Positions 1 through 8,339 of a stretch of 48,070 bases of DNA are shown piece after piece. The DNA comes from Gammaproteobacteria bacterium (lineage in GTDB: Bacteria > Pseudomonadota > Gammaproteobacteria > UBA5335 > SLRW01). Below the pieces are notes generated by a model. The model made no database searches. It saw only the letters and a list, made by a program, of their open reading frames with translations, and had not been told where the DNA came from. The stretch spans positions 1 through 48,070 of the forward strand of contig SLRW01000099.1 of NCBI GenBank assembly GCA_007130745.1. Reading direction: 5' to 3'. A program made the translations under genes and the position numbers. Each line of letters opens with the position of its first letter. Positions within the stretch are counted from its first letter, which is position 1.

Positions 1-369
1 AACTACACCCTGGAGCGCGAGCAGTTCGGCCGGCCGCTGGCGGCCAACCAGCTGATCCAGAAAAAGCTCGCCGACATGCAGACCGAGATTGCCCTGGGTC
101 TGCAGGGGGCGCTGCGGGTAGGGCGCCTGATGGATGCCGGACGGGCCACGCCGGAGATGGTATCGCTGGTCAAGCGCAACTCCTGCGGCAAGGCGCTGGA
201 TATTGCCCGCCAGGCGCGGGATATGCACGGCGGCAATGGCGTGTCGGATGAATACCATGTGATCCGCCACGTACTGAATCTGGAAGCGGTGAATACCTAC
301 GAAGGCACGCATGACGTGCATGCCTTGATCCTGGGTCGCGCCCAGACCGGCATACAGGCCTTTTACTGA
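1..369 (+). CDS. gcdH: Glutaryl-CoA dehydrogenase-type acyl-CoA dehydrogenase, C-terminal fragment (5' end lies outside the window)
   Basis: Frame 1 is open from nt 1 ([30 protein letters not shown]...) and joins the listed ORF 76..369. The C-terminal [24 protein letters not shown] is typical of the GcdH/ACAD C-terminal helical domain. The TGA stop is at 367-369. Confidence 0.8.
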   Translation, partial: NYTLEREQFGRPLAANQLIQKKLADMQTEIALGLQGALRVGRLMDAGRATPEMVSLVKRNSCGKALDIARQARDMHGGNGVSDEYHVIRHVLNLEAVNTYEGTHDVHALILGRAQTGIQAFY

Positions 370-650
370 GGGCTATTCGCCGGTGGCGCGGCATCAATAC
401 GCAGGGCGTGGATATCAGTCTGCATCATGTCGCCGAGGGCTTCGTAGACGATACGGTGCCGGACCAGTGGCGCGGTCTCGCGAAAGCTTTCCGCCCGGAT
501 GCGCACACTGAAATGGCTCATGCCGGTGCGCGCCCCCGGATGGCCCACATGCTTGTGACTGTCATCGGTGATTTCCAGCGTCACGGGTTGCAGAGCCTGT
601 TCCAGGCGCGCCCTGACTCGCTCAATGCGTTCGCTGCTTTGCTTGCTCAT
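363..650 (-). CDS. bolA: BolA family protein
   Basis: A 95-aa ORF with the BolA-like core ([17 protein letters not shown]...[12 protein letters not shown]...[11 protein letters not shown]). It is convergent with gcdH and their 3' ends overlap by 7 nt. Confidence 0.8.
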   Translation of the reverse strand: MSKQSSERIERVRARLEQALQPVTLEITDDSHKHVGHPGARTGMSHFSVRIRAESFRETAPLVRHRIVYEALGDMMQTDIHALRIDAAPPANSPQ

Positions 651-734
651 GCGCGCTAGTGTAAGGAAGCGGTGCTTCCAGTGCCAGCGGTACGGGGCTC
701 ACTATTTGGCAGAGCAAACCGTTACACTGCGCGT

Positions 735-1361
735 ATGAGCCAATACTTCGAGATTCATCCACAAACCCCCCAGCCCCGTCTGCTGCGACGCGCGGTCGAA
801 ATTCTCGAGCGCGACGGGGTGATCGTGTATCCCACGGATTCCTGTTATGCACTGGGTTGCCGGATTGATTCGAAGGCGGCCCAGGAGCGCATCAGCCGGA
901 TACGCCAGGTTGGGCCTGATCACCATTTCACGCTGGTGTGCCCGGATCTGTCGAGCATTGCCACCTATGCCAAAGTAGGCAACAGCGAATACCGTATGCT
1001 CAAGGGGCTGACGCCGGGGCCGTATACTTTTTTGTTGCCTGCCACGCGCGAGTTGCCCCGGCGTCTGCATCATCCCAAACGGCGCACGATCGGCATCCGT
1101 GTGCCTGAGCACCCGGTGGTGACGGGCCTGCTGGAGATGCTGGGCGAGCCCATTCTCAGCAGCACCCTGATTCTGCCGGATGAGCAGTTGCCGCTGACCG
1201 AGCCGGATGACATTCGCGCGCGGCTGGAGCATCAGGTGGACGCAGTCGTGGATGGCGGGCACTGCGGGGTGGAGCCGACCACGGTGGTGGATATGACGGG
1301 GCAACCGCCGGAAATACTGCGCCACGGGCGCGAGTCAGAGCGGGTGACGGCGTGGCGCTGA
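735..1361 (+). CDS. YciO/YrdC/Sua5-family protein (threonylcarbamoyl-AMP synthase-like)
   Basis: VIVYPTDSCYALGC...GPYTFLLP...IGIRVPEHP...ILSSTLILP matches the YrdC/YciO fold family. The ATG at 735 (MSQYFEI) is preferred over the alternative start at 672. Confidence 0.85.
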   Translation: MSQYFEIHPQTPQPRLLRRAVEILERDGVIVYPTDSCYALGCRIDSKAAQERISRIRQVGPDHHFTLVCPDLSSIATYAKVGNSEYRMLKGLTPGPYTFLLPATRELPRRLHHPKRRTIGIRVPEHPVVTGLLEMLGEPILSSTLILPDEQLPLTEPDDIRARLEHQVDAVVDGGHCGVEPTTVVDMTGQPPEILRHGRESERVTAWR

Positions 1362-1382
1362 ATTACTCCGCCAGCCTGTGGT

Positions 1383-1388
1383 TATAAT
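1383..1388 (+). promoter_or_regulatory. Consensus -10 hexamer (TATAAT) upstream of trpS
   Basis: A perfect TATAAT lies in the yciO-trpS spacer, about 60 nt before the preferred TTG start. I found no convincing -35. Confidence 0.35.
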
Positions 1389-1450
1389 GACGTTTCCCGG
1401 CCGCCATGCGGCCATTTGTTTATGCTTTAATCACTGATTCGGGAGTCCGC

Positions 1451-2668
1451 TTGGTTTCCAATTCCACTCAACCGGCGCGCATTGTGTCGGGCATGCGACC
1501 CACCGGTGCGCTGCATCTGGGCCACTATCACGGGGTATTGCGTAACTGGCTGCGACTGCAGCAGGAAGAGGAGTGCCTGTTTTTTATCGCCGACTGGCAT
1601 GCCCTGACCACGCATTACGAGGATTCCGGAAGTATTGCCGAGCATGCGCTGGAGATGGCCATAGACTGGCTGGCTGCAGGCGTAAACCCCAAGTTGTCGA
1701 CCCTGTTTGTGCAGTCCCATGTTCCCGAGCATGCGGAGCTGCATCTGCTGCTGTCCATGATCACGCCGATGGGTTGGCTGGAACGGGTGCCGACCTACAA
1801 GGATCAGCAGGAAAAGTTGCGTGAGCGGGATCTTTCCACTTACGGCTTCCTGGGCTATCCCCTGCTGCAAAGTGCCGACATTCTGGTCTACAAGGCCACC
1901 CGGGTACCGGTAGGAGAGGATCAGGTAGCGCATGTTGAGATGACCCGCGAGATTGCCCGGCGCTTCAATCATGTCTTCGGCCGCGAGCCTGATTTCGAAA
2001 TCATGGCCGAAGATGCCATACGCAAGATGGGCAAGAAACAGGCGCGACTGTATCGTGACCTGCGCAAGCGTTATCAGGAACAGGGCGACGAGCAAGCACT
2101 GGAAGTGGCCCGGGCGCTGCTTGATAGCCAGAAAAACATCACGATCTCCGATCGTGAGCGGCTGTTGGGGTATGTGGAGGGCAGTGGTCGGATCATTTTG
2201 CCGGAACCCGAGGTGATGTTGACTCCGACGCCTAAAATGCCGGGGCTGGACGGGCAAAAGATGTCCAAGTCCTATGGCAACACGATTGCCCTGCGCGAGA
2301 AGCCCGACGAAGTGGATCGCAAGATCCGCACCATGCCCACGGATCCGGCGCGGGTCAGGCGCAGTGACCCGGGTGAGCCGGAGAAATGCCCCGTTTGGCC
2401 GCTGCACAAAATTTACAGTGACGAGCGCACCTGCGAATGGGTGCAAGCTGGCTGTCGCAGCGCCGGGATCGGTTGCCTGGAGTGTAAACAGCCGCTGATT
2501 GATGCGGTTAACGCCGAGCTTGAGCCTATCCGCAAACGGGCCCAGGAGCTTTCGGCTGACCCCGATCATGTGCAGGCAGTGCTGGGTGAGGGCAGTGAAC
2601 GGGCCCGGGATCTGGCCCGGGAAACCCTGGTCGAGGTGCGTCAGGCCATGGGTCTGAAGTACCGTTGA
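1451..2668 (+). CDS. trpS: Tryptophan--tRNA ligase, long form with a C-terminal Cys cluster
   Basis: Class I HIGH-type motif (GALHLGHYHG) and KMSKS are both present. I prefer the TTG at 1451 because GGGAG (1441-1445) sits 5 nt upstream and a consensus TATAAT lies at 1383-1388. The ATG at 1406 is the alternative start. Confidence 0.9.
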   Translation: MVSNSTQPARIVSGMRPTGALHLGHYHGVLRNWLRLQQEEECLFFIADWHALTTHYEDSGSIAEHALEMAIDWLAAGVNPKLSTLFVQSHVPEHAELHLLLSMITPMGWLERVPTYKDQQEKLRERDLSTYGFLGYPLLQSADILVYKATRVPVGEDQVAHVEMTREIARRFNHVFGREPDFEIMAEDAIRKMGKKQARLYRDLRKRYQEQGDEQALEVARALLDSQKNITISDRERLLGYVEGSGRIILPEPEVMLTPTPKMPGLDGQKMSKSYGNTIALREKPDEVDRKIRTMPTDPARVRRSDPGEPEKCPVWPLHKIYSDERTCEWVQAGCRSAGIGCLECKQPLIDAVNAELEPIRKRAQELSADPDHVQAVLGEGSERARDLARETLVEVRQAMGLKYR

Positions 2669-2685
2669 ATGAGGGTGTTGCTGCG

Positions 2686-3537
2686 ATGACGACGGAAGAA
2701 CAACAGACGGGCGCGCGTGGCGATCAGGCGGAGATGCCCTTTGCCGTGGTGCAGGGTGAGCCCTACACTACAATGCCCCGTGATCTGTATATCCCGCCGG
2801 ATGCACTGGAGGTTTTTCTCGAAGCCTTTGAAGGGCCGCTGGATCTTCTGCTGTATCTGATCCGGCGCCAGAACCTTGATATTCTTGATATTCCTCTGGC
2901 GCAGATTACGCGCCAGTACATGGAATACGTGGAAATGATGAAGGCTCTGCGGCTGGAGCTGGCAGCCGAGTATCTGGTGATGGCCGCGATGCTGGCAGAA
3001 ATCAAGTCCCGCATGTTGTTGCCCCGGCGCCAGGAGGCCGAGGAAGAAGAAAATGACCCGCGCGCCGAACTGATCCGTCGCTTGCAGGAGTACGAGCGCT
3101 ACAAACAGGCTGCGGAAGATATTGACGCGATGCCGCGCATGGAGCGTGATGTGTTTGCGGTAAACCCCGAAAGTGGCTCACAGAAAGTGGTTCGGACCAT
3201 GCCCGAGACCACCCTGCGTGAGTTGCTGGTGGCATTCCGGGAAGTGGTAGCACGCTCGCAGCTTTACACACATCACCAGGTGCGGCGTGAGGCGTTGTCG
3301 GTGCGTGAACGTATGTCTTCTGTGCTGGGATCGCTGGCGGGCGATGAGTATGTAGAATTCACGCACCTGTTTACCCCGGAAGAAGGCCGCGCGGGGGTGG
3401 TGGTGACTTTTCTGGCTCTGCTGGAGCTGGTCCGCGAATCACTGATCGAAGTGGTCCAGGCGACACCGTTTGCCCCCTTGTACCTGCGGACCTCGGGCAG
3501 CCGGGCCGGTGGCGAGGAACGTGTGAGTGAGCAATGA
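2686..3537 (+). CDS. scpA: Segregation and condensation protein A
   Basis: FEGPLDLLLYLIRRQNLDILDIPLAQITRQY is the ScpA/kleisin N-terminal signature. The first ATG is at 2686. The listed TTG at 2665 would overlap the trpS stop. Confidence 0.88.
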   Translation: MTTEEQQTGARGDQAEMPFAVVQGEPYTTMPRDLYIPPDALEVFLEAFEGPLDLLLYLIRRQNLDILDIPLAQITRQYMEYVEMMKALRLELAAEYLVMAAMLAEIKSRMLLPRRQEAEEEENDPRAELIRRLQEYERYKQAAEDIDAMPRMERDVFAVNPESGSQKVVRTMPETTLRELLVAFREVVARSQLYTHHQVRREALSVRERMSSVLGSLAGDEYVEFTHLFTPEEGRAGVVVTFLALLELVRESLIEVVQATPFAPLYLRTSGSRAGGEERVSEQ

Positions 3538-4220
3538 TGGCTGATAACACCCGTCTCAAACGCATTGTCGAGGCACTGTTGATGGCGGCTGACGGGCCGC
3601 TGTCGACGGAGCAGCTGCAGAAGGCCTTTGATGAAGCCGAATTGCCTGACAAGGCGGATATGCGCTTGGTGCTTGATGAGCTGGTTTCGGACTATGCTGA
3701 CAGCGCCGTGGAGCTGGTGCGTGTGGCCAGTGGTTATCGCTTCCAGGTGCGTCAGGACTGGAGTCCGTGGGTGCGGCGCATGGCCAGCGAGCGGCCCGGG
3801 CGCTATTCGCGGGCCCTGCTTGAGACCCTGGCATTGGTCGCCTATCGCCAGCCAATTACCCGTGGCGAGATCGAGGAAATTCGCGGCGTGTCGGTGAGCA
3901 GCAACATCATGCGTACCTTGCAGGAACGTGACTGGATTCGCAGTGTGGGTCAGCGCGATGTACCCGGTCGTCCTACCTTGTTTGGCACCACCCGGACCTT
4001 TCTGGATTATTTCAATCTTGCCTCACTGGAGCAGTTGCCGACCCTGATGGAATTGCGGGATTTCGAGAGCATTAATGCCGAGCTGGATTTTGGTGAGGAC
4101 CAGGGCAATGAGCGTCAGGTCACGCCGTCCACGGAAGCCGCCATGGCAGAAGATGCGCCTGCGGATGAAGTGGCCGACAGTGCTGACGCTGACGACGACT
4201 CGCCCGCGCCAGGATCATGA
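3534..4220 (+). CDS. scpB: Segregation and condensation protein B
   Basis: RIVEALLMAADGPLS...GYRFQVR...SRALLETLALVAYRQPITRGEIEEIRGV is the ScpB winged-helix pair. It has an ATGA overlap with the scpA stop and an acidic C-terminal tail. Confidence 0.9.
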   Translation: MMADNTRLKRIVEALLMAADGPLSTEQLQKAFDEAELPDKADMRLVLDELVSDYADSAVELVRVASGYRFQVRQDWSPWVRRMASERPGRYSRALLETLALVAYRQPITRGEIEEIRGVSVSSNIMRTLQERDWIRSVGQRDVPGRPTLFGTTRTFLDYFNLASLEQLPTLMELRDFESINAELDFGEDQGNERQVTPSTEAAMAEDAPADEVADSADADDDSPAPGS

Positions 4221-5053
4221 GCACCCCCGACAGCGGTGAACGGATCCAGAAAGTGCTGGCCAGTGCAGGTGTGGCCTCACGTCGGGAAGTGGATCGCTGG
4301 TTACAGGAGGGTCGGATCACGGTCGATGGCCGTGTGGCGAGCCCGGGAGAGCGGCTGCGGGGCGGCGAAAAAATCCGGGTAGACGGCAAGCTGCTGGCGA
4401 GCCACGCCGTTCAGGCGGCTCCCGCGCCACGTGTGCTGCTCTACTACAAGCCCGAGGGAGAAGTCTGCACCCGCCGTGATCCACAGCAACGCCCCACCGT
4501 GTTTGATCGCCTGCCGCCTGCCGGGGCGGGCCGCTGGATTACGGTGGGACGTCTGGACGTCAACACTTCCGGCTTGCTGTTGCTGACAACAGATGGTGAG
4601 CTGGCCAACCGCCTGATGCACCCTTCCTGGCAGGTCGAGCGTGAGTATGCCGTGCGTGTGTTGGGTGATGTCCCGGCCATGGCTATCAACCGTTTGCTTG
4701 AGGGCGTGACGCTTGAGGATGGCCCGGCGCGTTTTCTGAGCCTGGTCGAGGCGGGTGGCAGTGGCGCAAATCATTGGTATCACGTGGTTATAGGCGAGGG
4801 CCGCAAGCGCGAGGTGCGCCGGCTTTGGGAGGCCGTCGGGGTTCGCGTCAGCCGGTTGATCCGGGTGCGTTTCGGGCCATTGTCCCTACCGTCTGATATG
4901 CGTACCGGCGATTGCCGCGAGTTGCGCCGCAACGAGTTTGCCGCGCTGTACCGGGCGGTGGAGCTGAAAATGCCCGCAGCCGGCGCGACACGCGTTCCAC
5001 GCAAGACCTTGAGCCAGAAGGGAGGCAAGGGTAGTGCGCGGAGGCGCAAGTGA
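4217..5053 (+). CDS. rluB: 23S rRNA pseudouridine synthase, RluB type (S4 domain plus RsuA/RluB catalytic domain)
   Basis: ERIQKVLASAGVASRREVDRWLQEGRITVDG (S4 domain) and GRLDVNTSGLLLLTTDGELANRLMHP (catalytic Asp motif), with a basic C-terminal tail. It has an ATGA overlap with scpB. Confidence 0.9.
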   Translation: MSTPDSGERIQKVLASAGVASRREVDRWLQEGRITVDGRVASPGERLRGGEKIRVDGKLLASHAVQAAPAPRVLLYYKPEGEVCTRRDPQQRPTVFDRLPPAGAGRWITVGRLDVNTSGLLLLTTDGELANRLMHPSWQVEREYAVRVLGDVPAMAINRLLEGVTLEDGPARFLSLVEAGGSGANHWYHVVIGEGRKREVRRLWEAVGVRVSRLIRVRFGPLSLPSDMRTGDCRELRRNEFAALYRAVELKMPAAGATRVPRKTLSQKGGKGSARRRK

Positions 5054-5724
5054 GCCTGCCGGCACGCGTGCTGGATACCCTGTATCAGGCTTATGGGCCG
5101 CAACACTGGTGGCCCGCGCCCACGCGCTTCGAGATGATGGTGGGCGCGATACTGACCCAGAACACCGCCTGGACCAATGTGGAAAAGGCGCTGGAAAAAT
5201 TGAAATCAGAAATCCCGACGCTGGAGGCATCCACTTTGCTGGCACTGCCTCCCGAACGGCTGGCTGAACTGATCCGCCCTTCAGGTTATTTCCGGCTCAA
5301 AACCGGCCGCTTGCGCGCCCTGTGTCAGTGGTTTGTTGATGCGGGTGGTTTTGAGTGCCTGGATGGCCGAACAACGAAAGAGCTGCGCCATGATCTGCTG
5401 GGCGTCTACGGCGTGGGTCATGAAACCGCCGATTCCATCCTGCTTTACGGGTTTGAGCGCCCGGTGATGGTGGTGGACGCCTATACCCGCCGAATTTTTT
5501 CGCGCCTGGGTGCTGTGACACCGGAGATTGGGTATGAGCCGCTGCGGGAGTGGCTTGAAGCCGGGCTGGGAACAAAAGATCGGGTGTCACGCTATAACGA
5601 GTTGCACGCGCTGCTGGTGCGGCACGCCAAGATATCCTGTCGGGTGCGTCCGGATTGTGCCAGCTGTGTACTGTGTGACATCTGCGCTTATTCCGGGTCC
5701 GACGAGGCTATACCAGAGGCCTGA
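5050..5724 (+). CDS. Endonuclease III-related HhH-GPD base-excision protein with a C-terminal Fe-S Cys cluster
   Basis: ILTQNTAWTNVEKA, the helix-hairpin-helix LLGVYGVGHETADSILLY, the catalytic-Asp context VVDAYTRRIF, and the C-terminal CRVRPDCASCVLCDIC. It has a GTGA overlap with the rluB stop. Confidence 0.8.
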   Translation: MSLPARVLDTLYQAYGPQHWWPAPTRFEMMVGAILTQNTAWTNVEKALEKLKSEIPTLEASTLLALPPERLAELIRPSGYFRLKTGRLRALCQWFVDAGGFECLDGRTTKELRHDLLGVYGVGHETADSILLYGFERPVMVVDAYTRRIFSRLGAVTPEIGYEPLREWLEAGLGTKDRVSRYNELHALLVRHAKISCRVRPDCASCVLCDICAYSGSDEAIPEA

Positions 5725-5740
5725 TCCCGGCTGCGGGCAT

Positions 5741-6487
5741 CTAGCGTTTCTCTGGAGGCTGACCGAAATTCAGGCCGATTTGCCGTCTTCTTGCCTTGCC
5801 GTGGAAGGTGGCATGCATGGTTTTGAAGTCCCATACGAGCAGGTCACCCGGGTCGGTTTCGACGGCTACCGACGGGGCATCTTCCGGCTTGACGCCGAAT
5901 GTTTCTTCGGGGGATTCGTCCCCCATGAAATTGAAAACACGGCGCAATGTTCTTGAATATTCATTGTCCATGTGGGTGCCGGGCATAAACCGGATTGCAC
6001 CGCTGTCGTAACGCAGTGGTTCCAGGTAGAGGGAAAACTTCAGCGTTGTCTTCTCGAAAGGGTCATTGAAAAAATCATAATGCCAGGAAGTGCTGCAGTA
6101 GTAGATGCTGCCGTCGGTACATATGAGTTGGCCCTGATCGCCGACAAGGCTCCGGCCAATGGCTGTGATGCGTGGATCCCGCGAAAGCGGGGCCAGTAAT
6201 GAACTGTACTCGGTGATGTTGGGAAGAATAAAACGCTCTTTCCTGTTTTCCGGCCGTTCCGCAACATGCAGCGGGCTATTCTGGATGTGCATCAGGACTT
6301 CACTGTCTTCGGCGTTAAGGTGCCTGGCAAAAGCGTCCTCAAAACCAGAGGTAAACTGTTCCATTTCGCGGGCGTCGAATAGCCCCGGGATTTTCACGTA
6401 GCCATATTGTTGGAAAAATGCAATTTGCCGGGGCGTAAGGCCAGGCTCAGGCTGCGCTATTGTATGGTCCGCACTTTGTTCGGCCAT
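5741..6487 (-). CDS. Phytanoyl-CoA dioxygenase (PhyH) family Fe(II)/2-oxoglutarate oxygenase
   Basis: The N-terminal LTPRQIAFFQQYGYVKIPGLF is typical of PhyH. A WHYD (HxD) motif and a later FMPGTH provide a plausible 2-His-1-carboxylate triad. I prefer the ATG at 6487 (GGAG lies 9 nt upstream). The GTG at 6502 is the alternative start. Confidence 0.75.
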   Translation of the reverse strand: MAEQSADHTIAQPEPGLTPRQIAFFQQYGYVKIPGLFDAREMEQFTSGFEDAFARHLNAEDSEVLMHIQNSPLHVAERPENRKERFILPNITEYSSLLAPLSRDPRITAIGRSLVGDQGQLICTDGSIYYCSTSWHYDFFNDPFEKTTLKFSLYLEPLRYDSGAIRFMPGTHMDNEYSRTLRRVFNFMGDESPEETFGVKPEDAPSVAVETDPGDLLVWDFKTMHATFHGKARRRQIGLNFGQPPEKR

Positions 6488-6650
6488 GACGGCGATCTCC
6501 ACAATAATGCTGTCACCCGCGCGCCCGGCTGCCTCAGCTTTGGGCGGCTCTCTGCAGTTTGTCCAGGGGCGGCTTCGTTTTTATCGACACCGGCAGTATG
6601 AACCAGCATATATAGTGCATCAAATGATCCAGGTCATGATTTCCGGAAAC

Positions 6651-7373
6651 TCAGTACGCGTAGTCCTGACGGCGCCGGGGGTAGGTCCGGCCGGGGGCGC
6701 CGAAGGGTACGCTGCGCCCGACCAGGGACTCCAGCACGATCAGTTCCAGGTCGGTGTGGTTAATAAACGGCGCCGGGATAATGCGCCGCCCGTCTTCAGG
6801 CTCGGTCAGTACCCAGCGTGGGTCGTCGTGATGGCGTGAAACGATGTGCTCCTGTTCATCCGGGTCATCGGCCGCGCTCAACAGGACTTCACCGTAACAG
6901 TTACAGACATAGCTGCGATCCGTGCGGGCTTCGGTATACAGTCCGGTGCCACGGATGCCGATGGCCGCTACGGGGGTGCGTACTTCCAGTTGTTCCTCGT
7001 CCCCGCGCTCGCCGAAGACATTGAGCATGGCGCCGCTGAGCAGGCGTAGCCCCTGGCGCATTCGATCACCCAGCGACAGCTCTACCTCGGAGTTACCGCG
7101 CAGGATGAAGGCGTCCTGGCCGACCACGGCCACCAGTTCCGCACCGGGGGCGGTGTGGATATGGGCGTCCGGGCTGATGAAAGTGTCGGCGCTTGCGGGC
7201 CGGCCGTTGACGTTGACTTCGCCCACCAGACGGAAGATCGAATTGCCTTCGGGTAGCGGTCCCGGCACCCGGCCCAGCAGTTCGGCCAGGGCCATTCGGT
7301 TCCAGCCCAGCCCGCCCGCCAGCACGCCCAGTGACAGGGCCCGGACCAGAAAGCGACGACGGGCTTCATCCAT
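6651..7373 (-). CDS. Tat-signal, FecR-domain periplasmic protein of unknown function
   Basis: The N-terminus MDEARRRFLVRALSLGVLAGG...MALA-E has a twin-arginine motif, a hydrophobic region and an AxA cleavage site. The central region (IFRLVGEVNVNGRPA...AFILRGNSEVEL...LRLLSGAML...VRTPVAAIGIRGTGLY) looks like a FecR/sigma-regulator-type beta domain. This is a family-level call only. Confidence 0.6.
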   Translation of the reverse strand: MDEARRRFLVRALSLGVLAGGLGWNRMALAELLGRVPGPLPEGNSIFRLVGEVNVNGRPASADTFISPDAHIHTAPGAELVAVVGQDAFILRGNSEVELSLGDRMRQGLRLLSGAMLNVFGERGDEEQLEVRTPVAAIGIRGTGLYTEARTDRSYVCNCYGEVLLSAADDPDEQEHIVSRHHDDPRWVLTEPEDGRRIIPAPFINHTDLELIVLESLVGRSVPFGAPGRTYPRRRQDYAY

Positions 7374-7461
7374 GTGATCTCTCCCTGAGTGTTGTTGGTA
7401 ACCAAATTAGCCGCTTTGGTGTGTGCTTTACAAGCCTGCATGAGGGGGTAACAATCGCCGT

Positions 7462-8331
7462 ATGTGTAGCAAGCAGGTGTGGCTTCAGCTTTTTTCGGGC
7501 GTGGCGTTGATTCTTTTCGCCCTGCCTGTGATGGCATACCAGGCCCCTTGGCTTTTCGCCGCTGAACTGGCGTCGGGATATGACAGTAATGTGGGAAATG
7601 CCGGGGTCTCGGCCGACCGACGCAGTGATGTTTTTGCCGAATTCGCGATACGCGGCAATCGCTTGTATATGCCTGGCGATTTTATTTCCCTGGAGCTGGA
7701 AGGAGCGTTGCGCGGGCGTTACTACGACAGCTACGAAGATCTCTCGTTCGCTGCCCCGGAGGGCGTGGTTCGCCTTAATTATCGACCGGCAGCCTCCTTC
7801 CGCACCCCCACGCTGACCGGCGAGGCCGTTGTCGGATATCGTGAATATGCCAGTCGCCTGCGTGACGGGGGCTATTACCGGCTGGGTCTGACGCTCAAAC
7901 AACCGCTTAATACTCGCCTGACGGGGCGGGTGAATACCACCTGGAATCGGCGCCTGGCCGGCAATGCCGTATTTGATTATGAATTCTACAGTCTGGGCTT
8001 GAGCCTGGACTGGCAGGTGTTTTCGCGATTGCTGGTCTATGCCGGCGGCGCCCGGCGGGAGGGTGGCCTGGTTAGCACCAGCCGGGACGACGCTGCCATC
8101 GAGCAAGTTGCTCGCGCCTGGCTGCCCGATGATGCCATTGTTGATCCCGATGAAGAGCAACTGGCCTACCGGCTGGATACGTCGGCTGATCGCTATTTTG
8201 CGGGCCTTAATTACGCGCTGAAGGACGGTTTGTCACTGGATATGCAGGCGCAGCACCAGGAGGCCGACACCTATGGCGGCATCAGTTACCGGCGTTACCA
8301 GCTGATGGCAGCTTTGATGTTGCGTTTCTGA
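7462..8331 (+). CDS. Putative outer-membrane beta-barrel protein (uncharacterised)
   Basis: It has a Sec signal peptide (LFSGVALILFALPVMA-YQ), alternating aromatic/polar strands, a YDSNV motif near the N-terminus and a C-terminal aromatic residue (…AALMLRF). It is divergent from the FecR-domain gene. Confidence 0.6.
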   Translation: MCSKQVWLQLFSGVALILFALPVMAYQAPWLFAAELASGYDSNVGNAGVSADRRSDVFAEFAIRGNRLYMPGDFISLELEGALRGRYYDSYEDLSFAAPEGVVRLNYRPAASFRTPTLTGEAVVGYREYASRLRDGGYYRLGLTLKQPLNTRLTGRVNTTWNRRLAGNAVFDYEFYSLGLSLDWQVFSRLLVYAGGARREGGLVSTSRDDAAIEQVARAWLPDDAIVDPDEEQLAYRLDTSADRYFAGLNYALKDGLSLDMQAQHQEADTYGGISYRRYQLMAALMLRF

Positions 8332-8339
8332 AATATCGG

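Noticed and set aside
1406-1450. N-terminal extensions offered by the ORF track: trpS from 1406, hisC from 21248, gyrA from 15315, rpsA from 25496, trmJ from 31540, iscA from 34901 and hisS from 38680.
   Set aside because: The extra residues are non-conserved and often Arg/Gly/Cys-rich. Some would overlap the upstream gene (hisC over pheA by about 130 nt), and others run through promoter or terminator-like sequence. Downstream starts reproduce the conserved family N-termini and have better ribosome-binding sites.
7366-8160. A 264-aa minus-strand ORF competing with the plus-strand beta-barrel gene.
   Set aside because: The plus-strand frame has a clean signal peptide, beta-strand-like alternation and a C-terminal Phe. 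The minus-strand frame is Gly/Ala/Pro/Gln-rich with no features. It would also run into the FecR-domain gene start.
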